From the NCBI GenBank assembly GCA_040954595.2, contig CM082586.2, positions 11,563,337-11,627,336 of the forward strand: a stretch of 64,000 nt of DNA, read 5' to 3'. Below are positions 1 through 12,662 of this stretch, piece by piece (the first letter of the stretch is position 1; each line of letters opens with the position of its first letter). Position numbers and translations under genes: made by a program. The DNA is from Balanoglossus misakiensis. Taxonomy: Eukaryota; Animalia; Hemichordata. The notes beneath the pieces were generated by a model that saw only the letters and a program-made list of their open reading frames with translations, was not told the origin of the DNA and did no database searches.

Positions 1-2
1 CG

Positions 3-2459
3 ACAGGACAGAGGTGGTGGAATGCTTTATCTCAGTATAAATTGAAGATTCACTACCGACCCGGCCTAAGGAATGGTGATGCGGACGGGCTCTCGCGACG
101 ACCTGATGGCAGGGCTCAAGGATTTGATGAGTCTGAGAGACGTTTCCAGGAAACTGTAGCGATGACTCCTGATGAGGTGCAGGCAGTGGGGGAGCCATGT
201 TTGTCTGATGGAGATGAAGATACACCATGGATTGAAGCCTTAGCTGCCTCAGCACGAGCGATACCAAAGGACATGGATGAACCGCCGGGGATGCCAGGAG
301 AAGCAACATTACCTACGATTGCGATGGACCAATGGGCGAAGTTACAGGACAGGGATGTGACCGTACGGCGCATACGAGCCTTGGTTCACGCGAAGACTGG
401 GGGTAAAGGTAAACTGACAAGGACACAGCGAGCACAGGAACCGCGAGAAGTCAGAATGGCACTGAGAGATTGGAGTAAATTCTGTTTCCGTGATGATGTT
501 TTGTATAGAGCGAGGACATCATCTAGTGGAGAGGTCTACTACCAATTGGTGCTACCACACGAGTTTCGCCAGGAGGCAATGAAAGGGGTGCACGACGACT
601 GTGGACACCTGGGACAGGATCGAGCGATTGATTTATTGAGGGCTAGGTTTTATTGGCCTCTTATGTCAGCTGATATGAAGAAATACATTCGTACATGCAG
701 GAGATGTACTCGAAGGAAGGACGAGGCGGGATTAAAGACACGTGCTCCGATGGTGAGTATTGAAACTTCACAGCCCCTCGAACTTCTATGCATGGATTTC
801 TTGAGCCTTGAAGAGAGTAAAGGAGGGACCAAAGACCTGTTGGTAATTACTGATCACTTCTCGAAGTTTGCTGTAGCCATACCTACACCGAACCAGACCG
901 CGAAAACGACAGCCAAGAACCTATGGGAACACTTCATGCTACCATATGGATGTCCGGAACGAATCCTGTCTGATCGTGGTCGGAATTTTGAGTCGCGAGT
1001 GATACAGGAATTGTGCCAGTTACTAGACATCAAAAAGTCACGTACCACGCCATACCATCCCCAAGGAAACGCTCAGACTGAAAGATTCAACTGTACTCTC
1101 CTTAATATGTTGGGTACGCTCGAGAACGAGCAGAAGGCTAGATGGAAGGATTATGTGAAGCCGTTGGTACATGCGTACAACTGCACTGTTCATGACACGA
1201 CGGGTTTTACACCTTACCAATTGTTGTTCGGAAGACATGCGAAGATAGCACTGGATGTGCGATTCGGAACGTCACCAGAAAGCAGGGATCCTACGACGCC
1301 GACAAAGTATATCGCCGACTTGAGATCCAGGATGGACAAAGTATTTTAGATTGCGAAACGAGCTGCAGAGAAGTCAGCCCAAGAGAGTAAAGAGCGCTAT
1401 GACCAGAAAGTTAGAGAGGTGGTGCTTAAAGAAGGTGATCGAGTGTTACGCAGGAACGTGAGTATACGAGGTCAACACAAGATCGCCGATCGGTGGGAGG
1501 AAAGTCCATATGTTGTGGTGAGAAGGCTGAGTCCTGATTTGCCAGTATATGTTATACGTTCAACGAAAACCTCGAAGACACAGACGGTCCACAGGAATTT
1601 GCTGAAACCTTGCTGTGATCGACCGCTGTTGAGTTATACAGAAGACGAAATGAGTGAACGCTCTCAGGATAGGGCCATTCCTGAGAGTACGGAGTCGGAA
1701 CGAAGTTCATCCTCACAGAGTGAACGAGGCTATGTGCTCAATCCTGAATCGCGACCCTTTAGGCCTGGGAGAGTTAGACCTGTGCGCTTAGAAGGTACAA
1801 CTGAAGTTACCCTTAATTCTATGGACAGAAGCGACAACGATGCATGTGTGAGCGTGGAACAAGATTCTCCTGAACCGAGCATGATGGATATGAGCGATTC
1901 TTCAGGGCAGGTGCAAAGCCCTGATGATCCTGTAACAGGCTTGCGTGCAGATAGTATGGACGTATCGTCTGCTGGGAAGTCCGATGGAATTGCTGACAGA
2001 GCAGAAGTGACACATCAAAATATTCCTCTGAGTGATGTAGGTGTGAATATCACTGATGCGTCGATTAGTAGTGGAAATGTAGGAACTAGGAAAGAGACTA
2101 TGGGGAAGGAGCAACCAGTGGGAAGTGACTTAGCTGATACCCATGGTGATTGTTCTGACGCTGACGAGGAGTCGTCGATTGCCGAGGAAGGAGGAAGTGT
2201 GGTCCGACCTATGCGTCGATCAACGAGAACTCGAAGACCACCCAAGTACTATGGATGGTGCTCACGATTGGTCAAACGTGACAAAGGTGGTAGAAGCACT
2301 TTGAGGAATTCTAGTATTGGGAAGAGGCCATCTTTTGATTTACCGAGGATTGATCATGAGGATGAAGTTTCTCATGGAAGACTGACCTCGTCGAATAGCA
2401 GAAACCACGACATAACCATGAAAATACTCGAAATGATGGCCAGTGGAATATACATGTAA
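3..2459 (+). pseudogene. pol: Gypsy pol C-terminal half (RNase H end, integrase H2C2 finger, DDE core, GPY/F-like region, low-complexity tail) with one in-frame TAG at 1347-1349
   Basis: The frame is open from base 3 (TGQRWWNALSQY..NGDADGLSR). Motifs: HDDCGHLG..CRRC, LCMDF, ILSDRGRNF, HPQGNAQTER. ORFs 42..1349 and 1419..2459 are in the same frame and read DKVF*IAKRAAEKSAQESKERYDQKVREVVLKEGDRV. An RRSTRTRRPPKYY motif lies in the tail. Confidence 0.93.
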
Positions 2460-4328
2460 GTATAGGGAATGTGGATGTAGGGGTGTACGCTGGATTCACA
2501 TTAGCTATTCTTGACTGTATCTGATACGTGCTTAATGCCAGGTAAGTAAGGGTGCGGTTCGAAGGTTGCTTTGTGTACCTTTGCAGATTTGCTATTTAGA
2601 TTAGCCGCGTCATAGGGTCCTGCGCCTCCTGCGTTGCCCAGCGAACTCTGCGCGCTTACATTTTTCTGATTACTCTTTCAGGTTCACTGATCGAGACTCT
2701 GCCTACCCTACTGCAACAGGATTGTGTAGCTTGTTTCATCGAAAGTGCATCTGAGGATGACTCGAGTCACTCGTTTTACAGGCACGATGCCTATGCCGAC
2801 GAGAATGTTTCGATATTGAGTCTCGTTGATGTAGTGTTTGTATTTACGCTCATGTTCTGTGTTTCATTGTCGAACGAAGGCAAACTTATTGAGCTTGTTT
2901 TTTGTCGGGAAGTAAGCATAGTAAATCGTCCCTATGCTGACTTGGGGCAGTGTGATACCATTGAATTTGCACCCCTCAGAGCATAGTGGAATGACCCCGC
3001 CTATATCGTATATTTGATACATTTTTGATTACTGACTTTACCTGTTTATTGTGATTACGCAATTGAAGTAGTCCGCAGGTGTTGACTGTATTTCTTGTGA
3101 GGTATTCGATTTCGAGTTATGATGTTTCTGTATGAAAGCTCTTTTATTGTTATTGATCGAATATTTGCTACTGGAAAGTTGAATTTGTTCCGTCCAGGCA
3201 GTACCGCGTGTATTCAGTCAAAGGTTTGGCGGGTGTAATACGGCGATGAACTAGTGAGTAAAAAGGGAACTTTTTAATATGGCCGTTGTCCGATTGTATT
3301 GACGAGAGTGGAATCTCCACAAAAATCCGAACCATCGGCAGAATCGTACGGCGAAATTGCATCTAGAATGGGAATCGAGGAGAGCCGGATGTTAACTAAC
3401 ATTATTTGAGCTAGTCTTCGTGAGATCCCTACGTAAGAAGCATTTCATCGACTATTTCGAACGACAGGTCTGCTGTACCTGAACGAACCATTGTTATTGT
3501 CACGCTGATTACTGAGACACCGATCGCCGAGATCCAACGATTACGGGTACTCGCGCAGGTTTCTCAACGTCGATGCTTCACGAACTGAAAGCTGATGTAA
3601 GTACGATCTCATTAACGCTAATCATGTAAAATCGGACTGGATTTGATAAACTTACGGCCTTTCTAGGTTCTTCGAACCACGGCGTGTGGGGAATGCAATG
3701 AGCCGCATTGTTTGACCCCCAACGTCTACAAACTTTGAACGAATCATATACGAGCAGGAACACTCGACCCTACGATCGATTTGCCGATCACGGAACTGAT
3801 CAGCGCTTCGTCATCAAGCTCCGCTTTACGCCTGGATACACTCGGAGCGTTTGCGACGAGCGAACTTTGAGATATTTGCATTGATTGTTAGAGGATTCTC
3901 TTCGTTGGATTTTGGAAGCGGATCGACGCGACTGTTGAGTGCGGGACAGCGCCCTCATCGCCAGAACTCGATTGTGCGTCACGTTCGTTTATAAACTGTT
4001 GAACTTTGACCGGACTCGCGGCAGGTTGTGCCACGCCAGTTTTCTTCAGGAAGGTGTTACTTGTTAATGAAACAGGTTTTGATAGAGCTCTTGTTACATC
4101 TCTGATGTTGATAGACTTACTATTAATTATACTTCTTTCATTGGATATAAAGTGTCTTTGTGTCATTTTGTCCACACCCCCTTCACTCGCCCTGTGTTCC
4201 CAAAGCTACCGCAATCACCACGAATCCTACGACCCAACTCACATGAACGAAACTTGTTGATTACCCTTGTCGAGTTTGCTCACGCCCAGCTAGCCCATCG
4301 TTTTTATTGGAATTTTGAAAGGGGAACA
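2460..4328 (+). repeat. Gypsy 3' UTR plus 3' LTR (LTR start unresolved; candidates 2476, 3186, 3234)
   Basis: Non-coding sequence between the pol stop and the satellite junction, ending in ACA. The partner LTR is not in the window, so the start cannot be fixed. Confidence 0.55.
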
Positions 4329-7284
4329 CTAACATACGCTAGTATCTGTCATATTGTGACGGAGATTTAGCCGAGCCAGGCCGTAGAAAAATCGACTTGT
4401 TCAACGTTACCAGTGTGCAACTGTTTCTGCTCTAGAGTGTCAGGGTTTTAGCCGACTTATGCTGTAGGAAATCTGAGTTGATGAACGGGAATTCAATGTT
4501 AGAAAACCCGTGTGGAAAGTATCTCTACCCGTTTGAATCTAAGAAAAGAATTTATTCTTATTTAATTTGTAAAAAAGACAATTTTTCGAAAAAAAGTCGA
4601 AAATGGAAATTTTGTCTTGGGTGATTCAAATTATACCGCCTTTTCTGGAATTTGCAGCACTTTTTTACAAGAGAACGACACTTCATGCTCCATAATATTT
4701 CCGAAAATGAAGAAAAGAGTTAATTTTTTATGATTTTTTAAAAATTTACCATTTTTGTCAAAATATGGCCAAAATGGCTATTTTTTCTTGAATTCCATCA
4801 ATATCTCTACATTTTTGGAGTGGTCGAAAGTTTTAACATACAATCAACATGTCATATATGATCAGGGCACCAAATTCGAAGAACAAAGGTTTTTTTATTT
4901 TATTTTTCTAAAAATGACATTTTCAAGCAAAATTTGATAACATGCAATTTTGTCTGCAGTGAGACTGTCTTTTGTGGAATTTGTATCGATATTTACATAC
5001 GAAGAGCATTCTATACTCCATCAGATTTCCGAAAATGTAGAAAAAGGTATTTTTTGTAATTTTCAAAAATTTTCCATTTTGACCAAATTGTGGCTAAAAT
5101 TGTTATTTTCGTGTTGAATGCCGCCAGTGTCACTGCTTTTAAAAGTCATAAACACTTTTAACATACAAGCAATTGTTTATATATGATCAGGTCACCGAAT
5201 TAATAAAATAAAGAATGTTTTGCCTAAAAATGACCTTTTTGGTGCAAAAACGAATAAAACGAAATTTTGTATTAAATCAGAGTGCATTTTTATAATCAGC
5301 ACCATTTTTACATATAATGGAAATTTCATACATCATCAGATATCCAAATATGAAAAAATGATTTAGATGATTGTCCAAAATTAGCTGATATCTAATAAAT
5401 GTAGTATTGAACCGTTCTGTTTCTCCCCCCCCCCCATACATTATATGCGGTACGCCGATGTCAGCTTACCCGGCAGTACTGCAGGCCGTGCCCCCAACTA
5501 ACGTCGGTGTTTGAAACGCCCTGGTTAAGATGGGTCCCTGGGATCTTTTTGCCCGTTGCTATGGGCCTTTATAGGGCACTACACTCAATTTTGATCGAAA
5601 CCATTATGAACGTCCGACAAGGGGCTTGTATCTAGTTAAAAATACACACGATTGTGTGCACACCCCCTGTCCAAGTATGTTTACGGCAGCTACCGCCCGG
5701 CCATAGGCCGCCACGCTAATACGGCAAAGCAGCGGTCAGCGATAGCGTGCGCGTCCTGTAACCACAGTAACTGGATCGAACGCTTAAAATCCAATGTTTT
5801 GTACACAGAGATTTTGTACCGTTCACGAAAATCCCTAAGGCTTTTTTCATAGGCCACGTACGCCAGTCAAATTTGACCTGCTTGTTGAGAACGCACTTCC
5901 GCACAGTGTGACGGATCGTTTTTTGGGGTTTTCGTCGTGCTAAGAAGCGATACCGGTGGAAGAGTGCGTCCAAAAACACCCAAAATCGATGACTTTTTCA
6001 GGTGTGGTACGGGTATGCTGAAATCGTAGGATACAACGATAATATTCGAAAACAAAATCCGTCACGATCTTCCCTGGTTCAAGCAACTAATGAATACGTC
6101 TCAAGTTCGTTTTTGAGGTCACGGAATAAAAAGCCTTAGGCTTTTGAAATTTGACCTAGCTAATTTGCATATCAATGGCGTCAGGGGGCGCGCGCTCACA
6201 ATCGTGCAGATTTTCAACTAGTTACCAGCCCCTTGTTAGACTCTGAAAACGGCTTAGTCCAAATCGGGGTGTAATGTCCTGCAAAGGCCCATAGCAACGA
6301 GCAAAAAGATCCCAGGGACCCATCTTAAATTCGGGCTTTCTCTATAAATTGACAGGCAATAATGCAGTCCTACCCGAACAAATGTCGAGTGTTGACCCGC
6401 TGTGACTTTCCCTCTTCGGTTTGCCCGACTTAGCCAACGTCTTTGTACTAGAGTGTCGGGTCTTTTGCAGAGCCAGGCCGAAGGAAATCCGACTTGATCA
6501 CCGTTGCTAACGAACGCTAGTGTCTGTCATGGTGTGCCGGGGTTTTAGTCGAGCCAGGCCGTAGGAGATCTGACTTGATCATCGTGGTCAATGTACGCGT
6601 GTTTCCGCTCTAAAGTGCCGGGGCTTCAGCTAAACCAGGCCGTAGGAAATCTGACTTGATCAACGTTGCTAACGAACGCTAGTGTCTGTCATAGTGTGCC
6701 GGGATTTTAGTCGAGCCAAGCCGTAGGAGATCAGACTTGATCAACGTGGTCTCTGTACGCGTGTTTCTGCTCTAGAGTGCCGGGGCTTTATCCAAGCCAT
6801 GCCGTAGAAAATCTGACTTGATCACCGTTGCTAACGTACGCTAGTGTCTGTCATATTGTGACGGAGATTTAGCCGAGCCAGGCCGTAGAAAAATCGACTT
6901 GTTCAACGTTACCAGTGTGCAACTGTTTCTGCTCTAGAGTGTCAGGGTTTTAGCCGACTTATGTTGTAGGAAATCTGAGTTGATGAACGGGAATTCAATG
7001 TTAGAAAACCCGTGTAGAAAGTATCTCTACCCGTTTGAAACTAAGAAAAGAATTTATTCTTATTTATTTTGTAAAAAAGACAATTTTTCGAAAAAAAGTC
7101 GAAAATGGTAATTTTGTCTTGGGTGATTCAAATTATACCGCCTTTTCTGGAATTTGCAGCACTTTTTACAAGAGAACGACACTTCATGCTCCATAATATT
7201 TCCGAAAATGAAGAAAAGAGTTTATTTTTTATGATTTTTTACAAATGTACCATTTTGTCAAAATATGGCCAAAATGGCTATTTT
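4329..7284 (+). repeat. 2.05-kb composite satellite, left segment (about 1 diverged unit, interrupted by a MITE)
   Basis: Same 81-bp monomers, AT-rich block and poly-C tract (about 5425) as the main array. Confidence 0.95.
5529..6324. mobile_element. Non-autonomous DNA transposon/MITE, 796 bp, TTAA TSD, imperfect TIRs of about 140 bp (Kolobok-like)
   Basis: The empty site in other satellite copies is ctggTTAAattcggg. Here TTAA flanks both sides (5525-5528, 6325-6328). Ends are GATGGGTCCCTGGGATCTTTTTGC and GCAAAAAGATCCCAGGGACCCATC. RR...YY termini with a TTAA target fit Kolobok better than piggyBac (CCY). Confidence 0.9.
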
Positions 7285-7593
7285 TGTGACGTACTTTACG
7301 TCTGGGGTGGATTTATGAACAAGGTTCTGGGGGATGGCAGGGGAAATTACAGGAGCGGGACGCAGCTGTACAACCTTTAAACAGCTTTTATTGAAGGTCA
7401 CTCAAGAAGTGATTACACAAGCACAAAACGCCAGCCAAAAAGTAGCAAATTTTGTTTTGGCGGGGAAAGATATGTCATTGGGTGATTAACTAGGCCTCTG
7501 ATTGGGCTAAAATACTCAGCTCTGATTGGCTCAAAGCATCCGAGCTGTGATCCTCAAAATGACTCATGGTCAGAGTTTTTAGCATCTCCGATA
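7285..7593 (-). repeat. 3' LTR of BEL #1 (309 bp, TAT...ACA in element orientation)
   Basis: Bounded by the satellite junction and a PPT (GCGGCCCGGGAGAA, reverse complement of 7594-7607). Contains AATAAA and two CCAAT motifs on the minus strand. Confidence 0.8.
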
Positions 7594-7724
7594 TTCTCCC
7601 GGGCCGCAAAAGTGAACAAGAAATCAAGAATAAACTAGAAAATCCTGAAATACATGCAAACTAGAAAAATCAGATTGTCCATTGTTCGATTGTCATTGAA
7701 ACACAGACAATGTCAATGTCCACT

Positions 7725-10700
7725 TCATGTCGATACGGAGCGCGAGTTCACTTCCAGCGGGAAGAGTTTGCTCACTGGCCTTGTGGTGTGTCCCTTGGCG
7801 GTTCTGATTTCCGCTGATCGGACTAGGTTGTCGCGTCCGTAGTTCAATCGTTCCACCGTAGCCAAAGTCCATTCCAGGCGTCGTTTGATGTCTTCATGTA
7901 CAAGGACCACGTCCCCAACCTGTATCTTGTTGCCGGGACTCCCTATTGGCGAGTGGTTTTCACGTAGCGCGGGCAAATATTCCGATACCCATCGTCGCCA
8001 AAATCGCGTCTGGAGCGTAGCCATCAGAGTGTAGCGCTTGTTTAGATCGCTATGGTTACCGTAGGTCGGGTCGGTGAGTTCATCGTCTTCGACGGTGAGA
8101 TAAGGTACCGTTGTCAAGGGGCGTCCGTGTAATAAATGAGCGGGCGTCAACGGCACGGCGTCTTCAGCATCCGAAGAAACATATGTGATCGGTCGGTCGT
8201 TTATTACGGCCTCAACTTCGGTCAGCAAGGTATACAGTTCATTGAATGTCACGTAGGCGCGTCCTAAGACCTTCTTTATTGCGGTCTTAGTTATTCCGAT
8301 TAGCCGTTCCCAAAATCCCCCGAACCAAGGGGCTCGTTTCGGGATGAAGTTCCACTGGCATCGTCTGTTGGCGAGATGAGCCTTCACTTCGGGCGCGTCG
8401 AATAAACGGCGTAGTTCGGCAGCCGCGGACACGAAGTTAGACGCGTTATCTGATATCATTTTGCTCGGTAGCGAGCGTCTTGCAGCGAAACGGCGGAATG
8501 CTTGTAGAAAGCTATTCGCGGACAAGTCGTCAACAAGTTCCAAATGCACGGCGCGTGTAACAGCGCAAGTGAACAGGCAGACATACACCTTTTTCTCTCG
8601 TACAGGTTTGGGCGATTTGATGTACAACGCTCCGGTGAAGTCAACTCCGGTTACGTTGAAAGGCGGGGCTGTTTTCACACGATCTGCTTGTAGCGGTGCT
8701 TGTCTTGGGTAGCTGTAGGCGTGCCCGTTGATTTTGCGGCATGTGACACACTTACTCAGTAGAGCTCTCACGGTACGGCGTATTCTCGGTATCCAGAATT
8801 TCTGCCGTAAATGAGCTACAGTCGATTGTACTCCGGCGTGAAGTAAACGCGAATGCGCGTCGCGAATGACGAGTTCCGTGAATCGATGGTTTCGCGGTAG
8901 CAGAATTGGGAATTTGGCGTCGAAGCCAATTGGCGCGTTATGTAGTCTGCTATCACATCTTGTGATGTCTCTGTCATCAGTGAAAAGATTCAGCGGCTTC
9001 GTCAGAGCGGCTCGTTGTCCTGTTTCGCCGAAAGTCTGTTTTTGGGTGTCCTTGATCCATGTGTTTTCGGCATGTTGTATTTCCTCAGCTGTGAGGGGAC
9101 CGAATTTCCGAGTGCTGTTCCGTTTTATGTTCGAAACGAATCTTAGCACTTGTGCGGTGACACGGAGAAGTTTGTTCAACGTGCTGAACCGATTCGCGTC
9201 AATCACTTGTTGTATTCCGGTAGTCTGGGGCTTAGCGGTCAAACAGTCCGCGAGTTTTTCATCTTGAAGTCTCGTCTCGAGGGGGTTACTCGCGGGGAGA
9301 AGTTCCGATTCATTCACCGTCGATACCGGTGCGTGGTGAATCGCGCTGTCGAACACTTCGCTTATAGGCCAGTCGCCTTGTTTCAGCCAAGGTGGGCCGT
9401 TCCACCAAAGGCCAGACTCACGTAGATCAGCGATAGAAATCCCGCGGGTCAGCAAATCTGCCGGATTGTCCCCCGTGGGACAGTATTTCGCGGTGCAGGA
9501 AATCGCGTTTATTTCTCTTACACGATTGGCAACGAAGATCGGAAGTTTCTTGTCGCTGTTTAACCAATGTAGGACTATTTGACTATCAGACCACAGAATT
9601 TTCTCTGTGATGCGAATTTTGCCTTGTAGGGAGTTTGAGACGAATTGCAACAGCCTTGCACCGATCAAGGCGGCCATCAGTTCGAGGCGCGGGAGAGTGA
9701 ACTCTCTGAGAGGTGCCACGCGATTCTTTGCCATGACAAGCGCGGTTTGATTGGCATGTCGTAAGTAGGCGACGGCTCCATAGGCCTTCATGCTCGAGTC
9801 GGCGAACACGTGGAGCTCATAGTTTTGATTGACAGGCGAGTTGTCAAAATATCGGCGATTGAGTTTCAACGTGGTCGTTTCGCGTATTTCTCTTGCGATG
9901 TCTGTCCACTGTTTATTGAGTTCGTTTTCTAGCGGTTCGTCCCAGGCGAGACCTTTTATCCACAGTTGCTGTATAAACAGTTTCGCCTTAATGAGAACTG
10001 GCGAAAGATACCCCAGAGGGTCGTATAAGCTGGCAGTGGTTCGAACCACTTCACGTTTCGTAGTGAGATTGTCCGGTATTTGGAGATTCTTCTTCGCGTA
10101 GGCGAGTTCGTCGGTTTCGGTTAACCAGCGAAGTCCTAGTGTGTTCACGTCAGTAGCGCGTTCGAGTTTATCATCCTTTGCAGCAAGTGCGCGAACATCT
10201 TCACAGTTACTCGACCAACTTCGTAGATTGAATCCGCAAGATTCTAACAGACGGTTTGACTCTCTGTAGTAGTCAACTGCTTCGCTCGGGCTGTCAGCTC
10301 CGCTGAGTATGTTGTCAACGTAGATATTATTTTTGAGATCGATGGAAGTTGGCGTGGATTGAGCGGACTCGAGATGGGTTTTCACGACTGCGTTTAAAAT
10401 GAATGGCGAGCAAACTGCGCCGAATAGAACCACCTTGAAGCGATATGTTTTGAAGTCGCTTTCCGGGTCTGTCGGATCAGACAACCACAAAAACTTCGTG
10501 AATTGACGATCGCTTTCGTCAAGTCGAACATGCAGAAAAGCCTTTTCTATGTCACTCGTAAAGGCAAAGCGGTTTGCGCGAAACCGAAGTAGAATTTGTG
10601 TGAGGTCGTTGAGCAGAGGCGGGCCGGTTTGCAAACAGTCATTCAAACTCGGTGTGTCGGTAGATTGCCTGCAACTACAATCATACACGATTCTGATTGG

Positions 10701-10960
10701 CGTAGTGGCTGAATCTTTTTTCACGGGGCGATGGGGCAAGTAGTGACCGGTGCGGCGCGTGTCCATGTCGCCTGGTACTTCTTCGATGAAATCTCGCGAT
10801 TCCTGATCAGAAATGATTTTGTCATACGCTTTCAGAATGTCCGGTGAAAGCCTACGCACCATAGAACGCGTGCGATTATCAGTGACCCCGTAGTTAACGG
10901 GTAGTGACGGGTGGTTGGACTTCCATGGCAACTTCGCGATATATGTGCCATTTTCGATGC
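7725..10960 (-). CDS. pol: BEL/Pao pol (RT, Pao-type RNase H, integrase, C-terminal DUF5641-like region), uninterrupted but N-terminally truncated
   Basis: 1068-aa open frame with YLPHRPV..RIVYD, SDIEKAF, FGAVCSPF, IYVDN, FADSS..AYG, LPRLEL, WSDS, NPAD, H..H..C..C, GVDFTG, SDNA and APWFGGFWER. The frame continues IENGTYIAKLPWK up to the junction. Confidence 0.96.
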
Positions 10961-11494
10961 AACAGTATAGAAAACATTTTCCAATTTCCGAAAAACCTCT
11001 TTTTTACATAATTACTGCTGAAAAAGTTAGAAATTTATGAAAATATTCCCCATTCTTTGCCAATTTCTAATGAAAAATCACATAAAGGTATTCTTAGTCT
11101 CTTTCCTGCAGCTGTACAGCAGGAAAAATGCATTTTGTCATATTTTGGCTTTAAACTCAAATTAAAATTTATCTGTGAAAAAACTGAGTCTCCTTCAAAG
11201 CCACGTACATGACAGTCCTTTTGATTTTTTTCTAATGAAATTTTGTCTCCATGTTTATTATGTGTAATATTTCTATTGAAAATTTGCAAGTGCGTGAATT
11301 GTTTGTAAAATTTCGCCAGAAAAAACAACAGCATCAAAAAGTAAATCTGAAACCCAATATTTATTACAAGAATTGTTAGATTAATATCCGTATCACACAA
11401 ATCCGTTGGATTTCGTATGAATTTTAGGAAATAAGCACTGCTCATTGACAAATCCATATTTTGCAGCTGAAATACTTGGAAAAGAGTCAGTGGC

Positions 11495-12152
11495 ATGTGA
11501 GAGCTTGGAAATTTCCAAGCACTGACAAGGGTCAGTGGTCGGAAATTTCCAGACACTCAGGGAATGTGAGAGTCTGGAAATTTCCAAGCACTGACAAGGG
11601 TCAGTGGTCGGAAATTTGCAGACACTCAGGGAATGTGAGAGCTTAGAAATTTCCAAGCACTGACAAGGGTCAGTGGTCGGAAATTTCCAGACACTCAGGG
11701 AATGTGAGAGCCTGGAAATTTCCAAGCACTGACAAGGGTCAGTGGTCGGAAATTTCCAGACACTCAGGGAATGTGAGAGCCTGGAAATTTCCAAGCACTG
11801 ACAAGGGTCAGTGGTCGGAAATTTCCAGACACTCAGGGAATGTGAGAGCTTAGAAATTTCCAAGCACTGACAAGGGTCAGTGGTCGGAAATTTCCAGACA
11901 CTCAGGGAATGTGAGAGCTTAGAAATTTCCAAGCACTGACAAGGGTCAGTGGTCGGAAATTTCCAGACACTCAGGGAATGTGAGAGCCTGGAAATTTCCA
12001 AGCACTGACAAGGGCAGTGGTCGGAAATTTCCAGACACTCAGAGAATGTGAGAGCTTAGAAATTTCCGAGCACTGACAAGGGTCAGTGGTCGGAAATTTC
12101 CGGACACTCAGGGAATGTGAGAGCCTTGAACTTTCCAAGCACTGACAGGGTC
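11495..12152 (+). repeat. 69-bp minisatellite, about 9.5 copies (left arm)
   Basis: Unit GGAAATTTCCAAGCACTGACAAGGGTCAGTGGTCGGAAATTTCCAGACACTCAGGGAATGTGAGAGCCT. It produces the 23-aa periodicity seen in the ORF track. Confidence 0.97.
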
Positions 12153-12204
12153 GTGGTAGTCCTCCGTACATGTCTGCGTTCTCCCGGCTTCCAGCACATC
12201 TCTG

Positions 12205-12600
12205 CAAGGCTCCGTGGACAAAACTGATTCGTCTGAGATCCGGATCCGGACAGCAGCTTTTCGGCCGAGATTCGATTTTATCGGGGGGAATCTTTCCCCC
12301 GTCTACCCACAAATGACTCCAAATATGATGCAATTAACTTCCGAGCCGCTCGCTTTCTGATTTTCTCTTGTGTTTACCTGTTGAGATCGCCATATTGAAT
12401 ACAGTGAGGTTATCTCAATGGGTAAACACAAAAGTTTCAGAAAGCGAGCGGTTCGGATGTTAGAAGAAATCAATCGCGGAGTCGGTTATAACCGGTTAGT
12501 AGACAGGGAAAGGATATTCTCCCGATAAAATCGAATTTCGGCGAAAAGCTCTGGTACGGATCTGGACCGCAGACGCACCAGGTTTGTCTAAGGAGCCTTA
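12205..12600. repeat. Imperfect palindrome/hairpin of about 400 nt (probable nested MITE)
   Basis: Nested pairing blocks: aaggctcc/ggagcctt, attcgattttatcggg/cccgataaaatcgaat, ccgctcgctttctga/tcagaaagcgagcgg, tgtgtttacc/ggtaaacaca. The apex is near 12395. Confidence 0.85.
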
Positions 12601-12662
12601 GCGACACAATGTTCATGACAGGCTTCGCCTACCAACTCCTCTGAGTTAGCCCATACACTAGT

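Larger units (their letters stand above)
1..4328 (+). mobile_element. Ty3/Gypsy LTR retrotransposon, 3' portion (5' part outside window), inserted into the satellite
   Basis: The pol domain order is RNase H end then integrase. About 1.9 kb of non-coding sequence follows and ends ...GGGGAACA, after which the satellite resumes (ctaacatacgctag vs consensus ctaacgtacgctag). Confidence 0.9.
7285..10960 (-). mobile_element. BEL/Pao LTR retrotransposon #1, 5'-truncated (3' LTR plus pol; gag, protease and 5' LTR missing)
   Basis: The satellite stops at ggctatttt|TGTGAC. LTR, PPT and pol follow on the minus strand and are cut off at the TIR of the foldback element. Confidence 0.95.

Noticed and set aside
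1620-2459. env-like or chromodomain ORF after the Gypsy integrase
   Set aside because: It is in frame with pol and is Ser/Asp/Glu low-complexity sequence with no signal peptide, transmembrane segment or chromodomain motif.
11035-11556. 173-aa minus-strand ORF as the foldback transposase
   Set aside because: It starts within the minisatellite, runs through AT-rich sequence and has no DDE or DNA-binding motif.
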